A stretch of 64,000 nucleotides of DNA. Origin: an uncultured Pseudomonadota bacterium. Its GTDB lineage: Bacteria; Desulfobacterota; Binatia; Binatales; Binataceae. Below, piece by piece: positions 26,931 to 36,395 of this stretch. A program made the translations under genes and the position numbers. Where the stretch lies: the NCBI GenBank assembly GCA_963795945.1, contig CAWCJN010000003.1:71539-135538 (forward strand). The letters run 5' to 3'. How positions within the stretch are numbered: the first letter of the stretch is position 1; each line of letters opens with the position of its first letter. Under the pieces are notes generated by a model that worked only from the letters and a program-made list of their open reading frames with translations, made no database searches and was not told the origin of the DNA.

Positions 26931-27182
26931 TTTGGCCTCCTCTTCAAAAAACGAATCTTATTCTTTCTTTCGCCTTAGTTCGACCGAAATATAGTCGTCT
27001 TCTTCCCAATTGCTCAAATTTGGTCGGCTAACTGACCAAATACTACGATTTGTTCATCAATTCCCGTGCTAACCATATGAGAATGAACCTGCGCACTGTA
27101 TCTAGGGCTACCATCTTCAACTCATCTTCGACGAGACCAGAACCAAGAGCATTTCTCTCAATAGGCTCAGGCGCAATGAAAT

Positions 27183-27227
27183 CCTCTGTAGGGCAACCTC
27201 GGTGCGGGTTCGAGTCCCGCCCGGGCA
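27183..27227 (+). other. tRNA-Ser-like 3' fragment (variable arm, T-arm and 3' acceptor strand); no matching 5' half
   Basis: TCTGTAGGGCAACCTCGGT-GCGGG-TTCGAGT-CCCGC-CCGGGCA. The complementary 5' acceptor strand TGCCCGG does not occur in the preceding 200 nt. Confidence 0.5.
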
Positions 27228-27379
27228 TCTAACGGGTTCAGCCTCGCTGCATAGTTCGTTCGGATGCTTGGGCTAGCACTGTAAAAGTGGTAGCACTGCC
27301 GTCAACCTTTGCAGTCAATGTGAAGGTAATGCAAAAGGCTTCCTTCGGGTTCTGATCGCTGAATGGGGATGAAGCATCG

Positions 27380-29791
27380 ATGAGCACGAAGATTTCGATT
27401 CCGGGACGGACTATCGGCGCATGGATACTTGACTTTCGGCAGCCGGTTGGCCTGATTTTGTTGGCGATCACCCTCTTCATGGGTTATTGGGCGCTCCACG
27501 CTCCGATCGCGACGCGCTTCGAGAATCTATTTCCGTCGCAGCATCCTAATACGCAGTTGTATCGTAAATTCCGCAACGCTTACGGTGGAGCGCAGACGCT
27601 CGTCTTGATGATTCGAGTCAAAAATGGAGACATCTTTAACGTCCAAACGCTCCATGCGATTCAGGACATAACCGATACGGTTAATGCGCTTGATGGCATC
27701 AATCACAATGAAGTCTTTTCGCTATCGTCCTATCGCGTGCTGTACGCTCGAGCGTTGCCGGGCGTGCTCGCATCCGCGCCCTACATGTATCCGAAAGTGC
27801 CTGAGCAGCCGGGGCAAATCGCCGAGTTGAAAACCAACGTCGAGATGTATCGCGGGCAGCTCGCCGGACTGATCACGACAGACCTGAAAGGCGCCCTCAT
27901 CATCGCGAGCTTCAATGAGGGGGCGCTCGATTATTCGACACTTTTCAACCGCGTTCAGGAAATTATCCAAAAATATCAGAACGCGAATACAACAATTTAC
28001 GCGAGCGGCGCAGTGATGTTCGCGGCGTGGGGTTATCACTATCTGCCGCTGATCGAGCGCATCTTCGGAGCGTCGCTGCTGCTGATGATCGTGCTTTGCT
28101 GGTTCTGCCTCGGGCGGCGGGGTTGGTGGACGCCAATTGTTACGGGCGCTTGCTCGGCGATCTGGGGCGTCGGTTTTATGAGTCTGCGCGGCTACAACTT
28201 CGACCCGGCGATGCTGGTGATTCCGCTGATTATGACGGCGCGTGATCTCGGCCACGGCATCCAATGGCAAGGGCGTTATTACGAAGAATTGACGCACGGA
28301 GAGGGCCAGATACTTGCGTGCGTCAACGCCGCCGATCGGATGTTCCGTCCCGGGGTGCTCGCGATTCTGATCGGTGTTGCCGGGATCGCCTTTCTAGGTT
28401 TTAGCGATATTCCAGCGTTGCGCCAGCTGGGTCTCGGAGGCGCAGTATGGCTCGGCGCGAGCTTGCTCGTGGTGCTGGTGGGCCAGCCGATCCTCGTAAG
28501 CTATCTGCGTGTACCGCAGTTCGTAAAGGAGTTTCCGGCGGAGCACAGTTGGCTCGAAGGTTTCGCGCGGATCCCTACGATGAATGGCTGGCCGCGCGGG
28601 ATACTGCTCGCGCTTGGCGCGGGCGCGATCACCGCCGGACTGCTCGCCTATATCTACGTGCCGATCGGCTATCAGACCCCCGGCACGCCGGTCTATCGAC
28701 CAGAGGCAAAGATCAATCGCGATACGGCTGAGATCAGCAAGTTCGTACCGACTAATTTTGCCTGGGTGGTCCTGGAAACACCCGATTATCCGAGCCCGCA
28801 ATCCACGATGGGAACCAAGACGCTGCGAATGGCCGACGATCTGGGCGCGTTTCTGATGCGACGCGGCGACGCGATTGCGGTGCAAGGTTTCGGCGACCTT
28901 GCGGACAAGCCGATGAATCAATTACTGCATAATGGTTCGCCAAAGTATCTCGCGTTGCCTGACACGGAGATGCTTAGCGCGACCTTATGGAATTTCTTTT
29001 TCGGCGCTTCAGCGCCCGATGAGCCGAAGTTCTATTTCGCCTACGAACCTTCGGCGCGGAATGCCTGTATCCGGATTTTGTTGCCGGATCATACGAGTGC
29101 GCGCCTGCGACGATTGCGAAGCGACCTCGATAGCTTTGTGCGCAATCGGGTCGCAAACGATCCTCAACTCGATCAGGTGAAGCTCCGGTATATTGGCGGA
29201 GCTGCCGGACTTTATCTCGCGATCGACGACGTGACTCGACAAATGAACTCGTTCAATCTGGCTTTGGTCCTGAGCGCAATCCTGATTGTCAGTGCGATAG
29301 AGTTCCGTTCGATTCTGGCCGGTATGCTTTTGGTCGTGACCGCAATAATGGCTAACTTTGTTGCGTTTGTTCTTATGGATTACGAGATAATCGGCCTTAC
29401 CGCCGATACCATTCCAGTGATCTCGCTCGGTATCAGTCTCGGGCTAAGTAGCACGATATATGTCCTTTTCGGCATCTGCGAAGCTCAAACCAAGCACAGC
29501 AGCCTCGCCGGGGCGATTAGCGCGGCGCTCAGCGGTCCGGGCCGATGGGTCATAAGCACCTTTATTGTGATGCTCGGCGGACTGATACCATGGGTATTCT
29601 CGCCGATGCTTTTTCAGAATGAGATGAGCCTGATTTTGATCCTGTTGCTGATTACCAATTTGCTCGCCGGAGTTTTGATAGTGCCTGCGATAATGGCGTG
29701 GTTCGATCCGGCTTTCGTCAGACGCTCTCGCTCGACGGATATGGACGATGCGACGGGGCAGTCCAGGGTGGTCGTTGGCTTAGGCCATTGA
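27380..29791 (+). CDS. RND-superfamily / MMPL-type exporter
   Basis: 803 aa with two blocks of multiple hydrophobic helices separated by large soluble loops. The family call comes from overall architecture. Confidence 0.65.
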   Translation: MSTKISIPGRTIGAWILDFRQPVGLILLAITLFMGYWALHAPIATRFENLFPSQHPNTQLYRKFRNAYGGAQTLVLMIRVKNGDIFNVQTLHAIQDITDTVNALDGINHNEVFSLSSYRVLYARALPGVLASAPYMYPKVPEQPGQIAELKTNVEMYRGQLAGLITTDLKGALIIASFNEGALDYSTLFNRVQEIIQKYQNANTTIYASGAVMFAAWGYHYLPLIERIFGASLLLMIVLCWFCLGRRGWWTPIVTGACSAIWGVGFMSLRGYNFDPAMLVIPLIMTARDLGHGIQWQGRYYEELTHGEGQILACVNAADRMFRPGVLAILIGVAGIAFLGFSDIPALRQLGLGGAVWLGASLLVVLVGQPILVSYLRVPQFVKEFPAEHSWLEGFARIPTMNGWPRGILLALGAGAITAGLLAYIYVPIGYQTPGTPVYRPEAKINRDTAEISKFVPTNFAWVVLETPDYPSPQSTMGTKTLRMADDLGAFLMRRGDAIAVQGFGDLADKPMNQLLHNGSPKYLALPDTEMLSATLWNFFFGASAPDEPKFYFAYEPSARNACIRILLPDHTSARLRRLRSDLDSFVRNRVANDPQLDQVKLRYIGGAAGLYLAIDDVTRQMNSFNLALVLSAILIVSAIEFRSILAGMLLVVTAIMANFVAFVLMDYEIIGLTADTIPVISLGISLGLSSTIYVLFGICEAQTKHSSLAGAISAALSGPGRWVISTFIVMLGGLIPWVFSPMLFQNEMSLILILLLITNLLAGVLIVPAIMAWFDPAFVRRSRSTDMDDATGQSRVVVGLGH

Positions 29792-29909
29792 TGATTGAGT
29801 TCGGTGATGCCGCGAATCAAATTCTCGTCGGAGCAGGCACGAATAGTCGATCCGGCCGTAATTTGTTCGATTAAAGAGTAAGTTCAAAATTCGAACGGAG
29901 GGCTATCGA

Positions 29910-30533
29910 GTGAAGCTGCATGTATTTCCACCCTCGCCGCGCGCGACCAAGGTCATAGCGCTTGCTAATCATTTAGGATTGGATTGCGAAATCCGCATCG
30001 TGAATCTCGCCACTGGCGAGCAGCACAAGCCTGAATTTGCCGCGCTTAATCCCAATGAGCGGATGCCCGTGCTGGAGGACGACAACTTCGTACTCTGGGA
30101 ATCGAATGCGATTTTACAATATCTTGCGTCAAAGAATCCCGGAAGTGGCGTGTGGCCTGCCGAGGCACGCGGCCAAGCAGACGTGTTACGTTGGCTTTCG
30201 TGGGAATCAGCCGACTGGTTTCCCGCCTGCGCCGTCATTACCTTCGAGCGATTTGTTAAGAAGCTGCTAAATCTAGGAGAGCCAGATTCGGCGCAAGTGG
30301 CGAAAGGCGAGGCTCAATTCCATAAATTGGCCCTAGTTCTGAACAATTATTTGAAAAATCGGAAATGGCTGGTCGGCGATCGTCTGACAATTGCAGACTT
30401 CGCAGTTGGTGCGCCAATGGCGGTAGCGCAGCCTTCAGGCTATCCCGTACAGAATTACGACGAAATCAATCGCTGGTATGCGACTATCGCAGAACTTCCC
30501 GCGTGGCAAAAAGCATTGGCTGCTGCTCATTAA
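29910..30533 (+). CDS. Glutathione S-transferase
   Basis: 207 aa, GTG start. NPNERMPVLEDDNFVLWESNAILQYL is the typical GST N-domain. Confidence 0.8.
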   Translation: MKLHVFPPSPRATKVIALANHLGLDCEIRIVNLATGEQHKPEFAALNPNERMPVLEDDNFVLWESNAILQYLASKNPGSGVWPAEARGQADVLRWLSWESADWFPACAVITFERFVKKLLNLGEPDSAQVAKGEAQFHKLALVLNNYLKNRKWLVGDRLTIADFAVGAPMAVAQPSGYPVQNYDEINRWYATIAELPAWQKALAAAH

Positions 30534-30536
30534 AAA

Positions 30537-30567
30537 TGAAGGGCGGAACTCTAAGCTCCGCCCTTCA
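30537..30567. terminator. Bidirectional hairpin between convergent genes
   Basis: TGAAGGGCGGA-actctaagc-TCCGCCCTTCA. An A5 tract on the plus-strand 5' side gives a U-tract for the minus-strand transcript. Confidence 0.55.
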
Positions 30568-30604
30568 TGATCTTAGTTATTATTTAGTATAGTTATTAGC
30601 CGAA

Positions 30605-31183
30605 TCAGTCGCGGGCGCGTGATTTACCGATCTGTTCGGCTCTTCGCAGTCCTTCACCTTCCGAACTATCGATTGCCTGTCGTGCTTCACGGGCTTTCTG
30701 ATCTGCCTCGCGATCAGGAAATCCCGCGGTTTCGCTATCATACCGGCGGCCAGCCTCGACTCCGAGATCATCCCCGTGTCCCGAGACGCCCGACGCAGCT
30801 GCCGGATCGTGCCAGTAGTTATTAATGCCAATGCTCCACGACTCATTCGCCATATCCGGCCAGTTATCTTTGTCAAATCCGGGCGCGTTCTGGAAGCGCT
30901 CCTTCTGAACGTCCATCACGAAACATTGCCGGTCTTCATCCAAGGTCAATGTGTTCCATGGGATCGCAAATAAGCGCTCACCTATGCCGAGAAAGCCGCC
31001 GACCGCCAACACTGCGTAAGCGACGCGTCCGGTCGGGACATCAATCATAATTTCCTTGATTGAGCCGACCTCTTCGTCCATCCGGTTCCGCACGTAATCT
31101 TTCATCAGGGAGCTTGCCGACATTACTCGACGATAAGGCGTCGAAGGATCTGTATGTACGATTTTTTGTCCGTTCTCTTCCAT
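30605..31183 (-). CDS. PRC-barrel domain protein
   Basis: I prefer the start MEENGQKIVH after AAAGGAG. GSIKEIMIDVPTGRVAYAVLAVGGFLGIGERLFAIPW is a typical PRC-barrel sequence. Confidence 0.7.
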   Translation of the reverse strand: MEENGQKIVHTDPSTPYRRVMSASSLMKDYVRNRMDEEVGSIKEIMIDVPTGRVAYAVLAVGGFLGIGERLFAIPWNTLTLDEDRQCFVMDVQKERFQNAPGFDKDNWPDMANESWSIGINNYWHDPAAASGVSGHGDDLGVEAGRRYDSETAGFPDREADQKAREARQAIDSSEGEGLRRAEQIGKSRARD

Positions 31184-31459
31184 TGTTGCACTCCTTTCAT
31201 AGCCGATTGGTCTAACCGGAACGCCACCTACCTTTATGGTAAGGCAATGAGTGTGCCGCTTTTGTTCGACAGCGGACAGGTTGAAAGAACGCATTTAAAT
31301 AGAAAAGAGTCTTTTGGCGACGCTCTCGAACAAAGAAGATGAGATCGGAAAAGAATTATGAATTTTCTACCACCCGAATAAGCGAAGCCAAAAGGTAATA
31401 TCCTAGGACATTAGCTGCGGGAACCGGAAGGTTGAAAATGATCCGCAATGCTTTCTAGA

Positions 31460-33055
31460 TCAGTGCGCTGATACCCCGCTGGAAACTGTTCCGCCGCGCA
31501 GTAATAGAAATGATGGAATCATGATCAGTGAAATCACCGCGAGGATCCGATAGATGTCGTTGAAAGAAAGCATTGTGGCCTGTGCTTGAATCGCGCCATA
31601 GACCATCCCGAATCCCTGCTTTTGTCCAGTGATAAGTTGCGGTACGAAACTGAACGAGGGCGATCCCGGTAACAACTGACCGGCGCCGGATAAACGCCAC
31701 GCGTCGAACACCGAAAAATGCTCAACCAGCCGAGCTTGATGAACCTGCTGGCGGCTGACCAGCATGTTAGACATCCAGGCAATACCAACCGCCGCCCCGG
31801 TATTGCGCATCATGTTGTAGAGGCTCGCCGCATAACCCATCCGCTCGCGCGGCACACATGAGATCGCCGCGGCGGTGCTCGGGGGAAAGATCATGCCGAA
31901 GCCAAATCCCATCACCATGTTCGGCCAGGTGACAGCCCAAAAACTGGCTTGGAGATCCAAATGCGCGTTGAACCAGCATCCGATCGTGATCAGCATGAAG
32001 CCCAAGCCGATAAAAGCCGGCGTTTTGACGCCGAAGCTCGCTAGCTGACCAACAACCATCATTGAGGTCATCGAGCCGACGCCGCGCGGCGCCTGCGAAA
32101 GACCGGCCTTCCATGCAGTATAGCCCATCAACTCCTGCAAGAACACTGGGCTTAACAACAAACTGCCGAACAGGATGGCGCTAAAGGCAATCGTCACTGC
32201 CAGTGCGCCATCAAACACACGTTTCGCCAAAATACGAAGATCCAGGATGGGCTCGCTAAAGGTTAACTCGTGCAGAAAAAGCGCGACGAACGAAGCTCCC
32301 GAAAGAATTGAGGCCCACACGACCCACGGTGAGTCAAACCAATCTGCACGCTCCCCACGATCGAGGATGATCTGCAAGACGCCAAGACTAAGCACCAGGA
32401 ACATGATGCCCGCGTAGTCCACCTTGCCGCCGCGTTCACGCCGTTGCCGCATGAATGGCGGATCGTGGACGAACACCGTAACCATCGCGAAGGCGATAAA
32501 CCCGATCGGGACGTTGATGTAAAAATTCCAGCGCCAGTTCCAATTGTCAGTGATCCAACCGCCCAGCGTTGGTCCGAGGATTGGCGCGACCATCAAGCCC
32601 ACTCCCCATAATGCCATCGCCATCTGCTGCTCTTCCGGCGGAAAGGTCTCCATCAGGATTGCCTGCGACGATGGAATCATCGCTGCGCCTGCCGCGCCCT
32701 GTATTAGGCGAAACATGATCATCTGGCTGAGCGATTGCGCTGCACCGCACAGGATCGAAGCGGCGACGAAGGTGAAAACCGAGGTGAGGAAATACCGCTT
32801 GCGTCCAAAGCGGGACGAAATCCACGCGGTCATCGGAATCATGATGCCGTTCGCGACCAGATAGCTGGTCAGCACCCACGCAATCTCGTCAACACTGGCC
32901 GAAAACGAGCCTTGCATGTGCGGCAGGGCGACATTGACGATCGAGGTGTCGAGGACTTCGAGTGTCGTCCCTAGCATCACGGCCAGCGCGATCATCCATC
33001 GATGAGACGGTGCGGCGTGAGCGGTTTCGGCGCTGATCGGCGATGCGGCAGCCAT
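31460..33055 (-). CDS. MFS transporter, DHA2 (EmrB/QacA-like, 14-TMS) family
   Basis: 531 aa. LDTSIVNVALPHMQGSF and SSRFGRKRYF are typical DHA2 motifs. Confidence 0.8.
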   Translation of the reverse strand: MAAASPISAETAHAAPSHRWMIALAVMLGTTLEVLDTSIVNVALPHMQGSFSASVDEIAWVLTSYLVANGIMIPMTAWISSRFGRKRYFLTSVFTFVAASILCGAAQSLSQMIMFRLIQGAAGAAMIPSSQAILMETFPPEEQQMAMALWGVGLMVAPILGPTLGGWITDNWNWRWNFYINVPIGFIAFAMVTVFVHDPPFMRQRRERGGKVDYAGIMFLVLSLGVLQIILDRGERADWFDSPWVVWASILSGASFVALFLHELTFSEPILDLRILAKRVFDGALAVTIAFSAILFGSLLLSPVFLQELMGYTAWKAGLSQAPRGVGSMTSMMVVGQLASFGVKTPAFIGLGFMLITIGCWFNAHLDLQASFWAVTWPNMVMGFGFGMIFPPSTAAAISCVPRERMGYAASLYNMMRNTGAAVGIAWMSNMLVSRQQVHQARLVEHFSVFDAWRLSGAGQLLPGSPSFSFVPQLITGQKQGFGMVYGAIQAQATMLSFNDIYRILAVISLIMIPSFLLLRGGTVSSGVSAH

Positions 33056-33088
33056 GCACTTAATCGAGGGATCGACAGACTTACATAA

Positions 33089-33739
33089 TTAAGTGATCAG
33101 TGAAAACACTCCCGCTACAATCAGCGCTCCCGCCCAGATCGCGTCAAGATTGATCCAAGCTTTGCGTAAAATTCGTAAGCCAAGCCATTCATAGACGATG
33201 ATTGCAATCGCACCCATCGTCACAAACATCGCGCCAGTATGCAGCAGAACGACTGCTGCACTTTGGGCTATGCCGATCACGCCGCTTCCGATGGATGGCA
33301 TCGCGTGATGGTGATGCATCATCGAAGCGGGCATCGATCGCATATTGATCAGGATGGGGAAGAGCATCAGGCCCGCGCCGTGGGCGGTCGCCATCAGGAA
33401 GGACCACAGCACCAGATCGATGGCGCTGACTTTCATCGCAACCCATCGCGGATGCGCGCGTGGCCGCATCAGTCGAAAAATTCCGAAAAGAATCAAGATG
33501 GCGGCCCCCGCCGGTCGGATGAGCCACCATGACTGAGATAATGCGCCGGCGATTAGGAGGACGATTACGGAGATCGAGATTAGATGCCCGATCGCAATCG
33601 GGAAAAGCGCTGCGAGCACTTTTTCGGCCCGCTTCTCCTGGAGTCCGAGTCCCACCGCAAACAGCCATCCCATCGAGGGATCGAGGCCATGATAGGCGCC
33701 CAGCAGCGTGATCGCGATCCAGGGCCACGCGCCACTCAC
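33089..33739 (-). CDS. Polytopic membrane protein with a His-rich loop (MMHHHHAM)
   Basis: 216 aa, hydrophobic throughout. The GTG start overlaps the stop of 33736..35127 by 4 nt. No family recognised. Confidence 0.55.
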   Translation of the reverse strand: MSGAWPWIAITLLGAYHGLDPSMGWLFAVGLGLQEKRAEKVLAALFPIAIGHLISISVIVLLIAGALSQSWWLIRPAGAAILILFGIFRLMRPRAHPRWVAMKVSAIDLVLWSFLMATAHGAGLMLFPILINMRSMPASMMHHHHAMPSIGSGVIGIAQSAAVVLLHTGAMFVTMGAIAIIVYEWLGLRILRKAWINLDAIWAGALIVAGVFSLIT

Positions 33740-35127
33740 GGATAGCAGAACGAATCGGACGAAGAATCGCCGCCTTCAAGCCGTATCTGATGAGCTCGCT
33801 CACCTGAGAACGGAACGAAAAACTTGGGATCAATTTCGAGGCCGCCGTTCGGCCCGGAATTGATCACGGTTACCCATCCGCGTATCCCTTCCGGATAGAA
33901 CTGCTCGTCCCATGCGCCATATAGAGAATTGCTGAGATAGACGCGGCGCCCGTCGCGGCTGAGTTCGAGCATCTGCGACCCGCCGTTGAGCGGTCCCGCT
34001 TGCGGGTGCGGCGCGTGAGAGACGATACCGCCGAGACGCACCGTGCCGGTTTGCTTCGGCTTGAACGGATCGCTTACGTCCCATTGCTGAAGATCGCCCG
34101 TACCGAAGCAAGCGATGTACAGGAACCGATCATCGAGACTCAAATTAATATCGGTAATCAGCGGCGGCACGGCCTTGAATGGCTTCAACGCCGGAGGGAG
34201 CAAGTCCGGATCAGCCGGCTCAGGTGGAATATCGATAATCTTCTGCAAACCCCAATTGCCGTTATTGCGATGCCACAGCCAAATCGATGCGAACAGGTCC
34301 TTGGTCGAGATCACCACCCCAACAAACCCGTGCGTTTTCGTCGGGTCATGGGCTGGACGTAGCTCGAGCGCCATCTGGTATTCGGGTCCCATCTCGAGCG
34401 ATTGCATATGCCGCCGTTTGCGCAAATCCCAAAGATGGAGTGCGTGTCCGTATTTCCCGCCGAGCAGCAAATCGGGTTGCACACCGCTCTCGATCATATT
34501 CGGCGTACCCCATTCGCTGGTCACCGCCACATCGTGCCCAAGATGCCACCAGAAATCATAAGCGAGATATTGCGGACCACGATCAACTTCCCAACGTCCC
34601 AAGACGTCGAAGCTTTCGTGATCGAGCAGAAAAAGACCGCCCGGTCCGTCGCCGGCGGGATTGCCGAGTGCGCTCACGTAGATTGCGTCGGGTCCGCAGT
34701 GCAGTGTGTGCGGACGGCTATAGCCGGTCTTCGCGGCAATCTCCTCCGGCTCGATAGTCTTGACGATCTTCGGATGGTACGGGTCGGGTTTGGTATCGAT
34801 CACATAGATGCGTGACGAGCGTAGTCCCGGCACAATCAGATAACGCCGCTCGACGTGCGGATGCGGCGCGTAGGGGCAAAGCGCGGCGCTACAGGCGTTC
34901 CAGCCGAAATGATGGAGCTCGTCGCCCGTCATCGGCATATCGACTCTTCCGACGACTTGGCTGTAGCTGGAAGAGGCAGGATCGACGTCGAGCACGCAAA
35001 TCGAATCGTGCTTGCCCTCACGTGCGCCGGGCCAAAAGGCCGAGACGTAGGCAAGCTTTTCGCGCGGCGCCTGCATCGCCATCCGCGGGGAAGGATAGAA
35101 GGTCTGATCGGCTTTCCACAGCGCCAT
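33736..35127 (-). CDS. Selenium-binding protein family (SBP56) / methanethiol-oxidase-like
   Basis: 463 aa. The N-terminus DQTFYPSPRMAMQAPREKLAYVSAF and the C-terminus ...SSDSFCYP are typical of SBP56. No signal peptide seen. Confidence 0.8.
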   Translation of the reverse strand: MALWKADQTFYPSPRMAMQAPREKLAYVSAFWPGAREGKHDSICVLDVDPASSSYSQVVGRVDMPMTGDELHHFGWNACSAALCPYAPHPHVERRYLIVPGLRSSRIYVIDTKPDPYHPKIVKTIEPEEIAAKTGYSRPHTLHCGPDAIYVSALGNPAGDGPGGLFLLDHESFDVLGRWEVDRGPQYLAYDFWWHLGHDVAVTSEWGTPNMIESGVQPDLLLGGKYGHALHLWDLRKRRHMQSLEMGPEYQMALELRPAHDPTKTHGFVGVVISTKDLFASIWLWHRNNGNWGLQKIIDIPPEPADPDLLPPALKPFKAVPPLITDINLSLDDRFLYIACFGTGDLQQWDVSDPFKPKQTGTVRLGGIVSHAPHPQAGPLNGGSQMLELSRDGRRVYLSNSLYGAWDEQFYPEGIRGWVTVINSGPNGGLEIDPKFFVPFSGERAHQIRLEGGDSSSDSFCYP

Positions 35128-35315
35128 TTAACAACCTGCTCGGAGCGAATTAACTGCCAAGATAATTAGGCCGTACCACCCATTCAAGCGGAACAGCCGC
35201 TCGTGCCCGCTTACATCGAGGCTGATTCCCGCGCTCACGCGTACGGCTAGCAGCTATTTCCGCCGAATTATGTCAAAATTATCCGACAATTTCGTGGGTG
35301 AGGCGCGGACGGCAG

Positions 35316-36395
35316 ATGGCTCAAGATCTCAAGACCAAGGCGCTCGATCTGGCGCTCAGCCAAATCGAGAAACAGTTCGGTAAAGGTTCGATTATGAAAC
35401 TCGGCGAGCAAGCGATCGGGGCGGATATAGCGGTGATCCCGACTGGCTCGCTCGGGCTCGATATAGCTCTGGGCATCGGCGGGCTCCCGCGTGGACGAGT
35501 CGTCGAAATTTATGGACCGGAGTCTTCCGGCAAAACAACACTTGCGCTCGAATGTATTGCCGAGGCTCAGAAGCTCGGCGGGATTGGCGCGTTTATCGAC
35601 GCCGAGCACGCGCTCGACGCCGGCTATGCCCGTAAACTTGGGGTGAACGTCGAAGACCTGCTGATTTCGCAGCCCGATAATGGCGAACAGGCGCTGGAAA
35701 TCACCGAGACGCTGGTTCAGTCGGGCGCGGTCGATGTGCTGGTAATCGACTCGGTAGCGGCATTGGTGCCGCGCGCCGAGATCGAAGGCGAGATGGGTGA
35801 ACCACAGATGGGTCTGCAAGCGCGCTTGATGTCTCAGGCGCTGCGCAAACTCACCTCGATAATCGCGCGCTCGCGTACGATCGTGATCTTCATTAATCAA
35901 ATCCGGATGAAAATCGGCGTGATGTTCGGGAATCCCGAAACCACCACCGGCGGTAATGCGCTCAAGTTCTATTCGTCGGTGCGCCTCGACATTCGCCGCA
36001 TCGGCACAATTAAAAGCGGCACCGAGGTCGTGGGCTCACGCACCAAGGTGAAAGTTGTCAAGAATAAGGTCGCGCCGCCGTTCCGTGAAGCCGAATTCGA
36101 TATTCTCTATGGAATCGGAATCTCCAAGGAGGGCGAACTGATCGATATGGCGGCTGAATACAATGTCGTCGAGAAGCTCGGTGCATGGTACTCGTATGGT
36201 GGCGAGCGGATCGGTCAGGGCCGCGAAAATGCCCGCGACCTGCTCCGCGCGAATCCCAAAATAGCCGACGAGATCGAGGCTAAGGTCCGCGCCAAGCTCG
36301 CGGCAAAAGCTGCGCCGGTTGTCATCGCCGATGGAGAAGCGCCAGCCGAACAACCCGAAGAAGAACCGGCCCCAGTGTCGAAGCGCCGGAGCTAG
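35316..36395 (+). CDS. recA: Recombinase RecA
   Basis: [30 protein letters not shown]...[12 protein letters not shown]... Confidence 0.97.
   Translation: MAQDLKTKALDLALSQIEKQFGKGSIMKLGEQAIGADIAVIPTGSLGLDIALGIGGLPRGRVVEIYGPESSGKTTLALECIAEAQKLGGIGAFIDAEHALDAGYARKLGVNVEDLLISQPDNGEQALEITETLVQSGAVDVLVIDSVAALVPRAEIEGEMGEPQMGLQARLMSQALRKLTSIIARSRTIVIFINQIRMKIGVMFGNPETTTGGNALKFYSSVRLDIRRIGTIKSGTEVVGSRTKVKVVKNKVAPPFREAEFDILYGIGISKEGELIDMAAEYNVVEKLGAWYSYGGERIGQGRENARDLLRANPKIADEIEAKVRAKLAAKAAPVVIADGEAPAEQPEEEPAPVSKRRS

Noticed and set aside
27043-27232. 60-61-aa ORFs on both strands, and the idea of a complete tRNA or tmRNA
   Set aside because: The peptides (..GRDSNPH.., ..GFESRPG..) are the usual translation of a tRNA T-arm. 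I could not find a 5' acceptor strand, D-arm or anticodon arm, nor tmRNA features, so I report only a fragment.
27238-27480. 80-aa minus-strand ORF
   Set aside because: It overlaps the well-supported start of the MMPL/RND gene, and I saw no ribosome-binding site or motif.
33189-33833. 214-aa minus-strand ORF overlapping 33089..33739 in another frame
   Set aside because: It is Arg/Pro/Ser-rich. The alternative frame encodes a coherent multi-helix membrane protein whose start overlaps the upstream stop.
35128-35315. LexA/SOS box upstream of recA
   Set aside because: I looked for CTGT-N8-ACAG, GAAC-N4-GTTC and GTTC-N7-GTTC type motifs. I found only an AATTAT direct repeat and nothing convincing.
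35268-35900. 210-aa minus-strand ORF
   Set aside because: It is antisense to recA, whose identity is beyond doubt.
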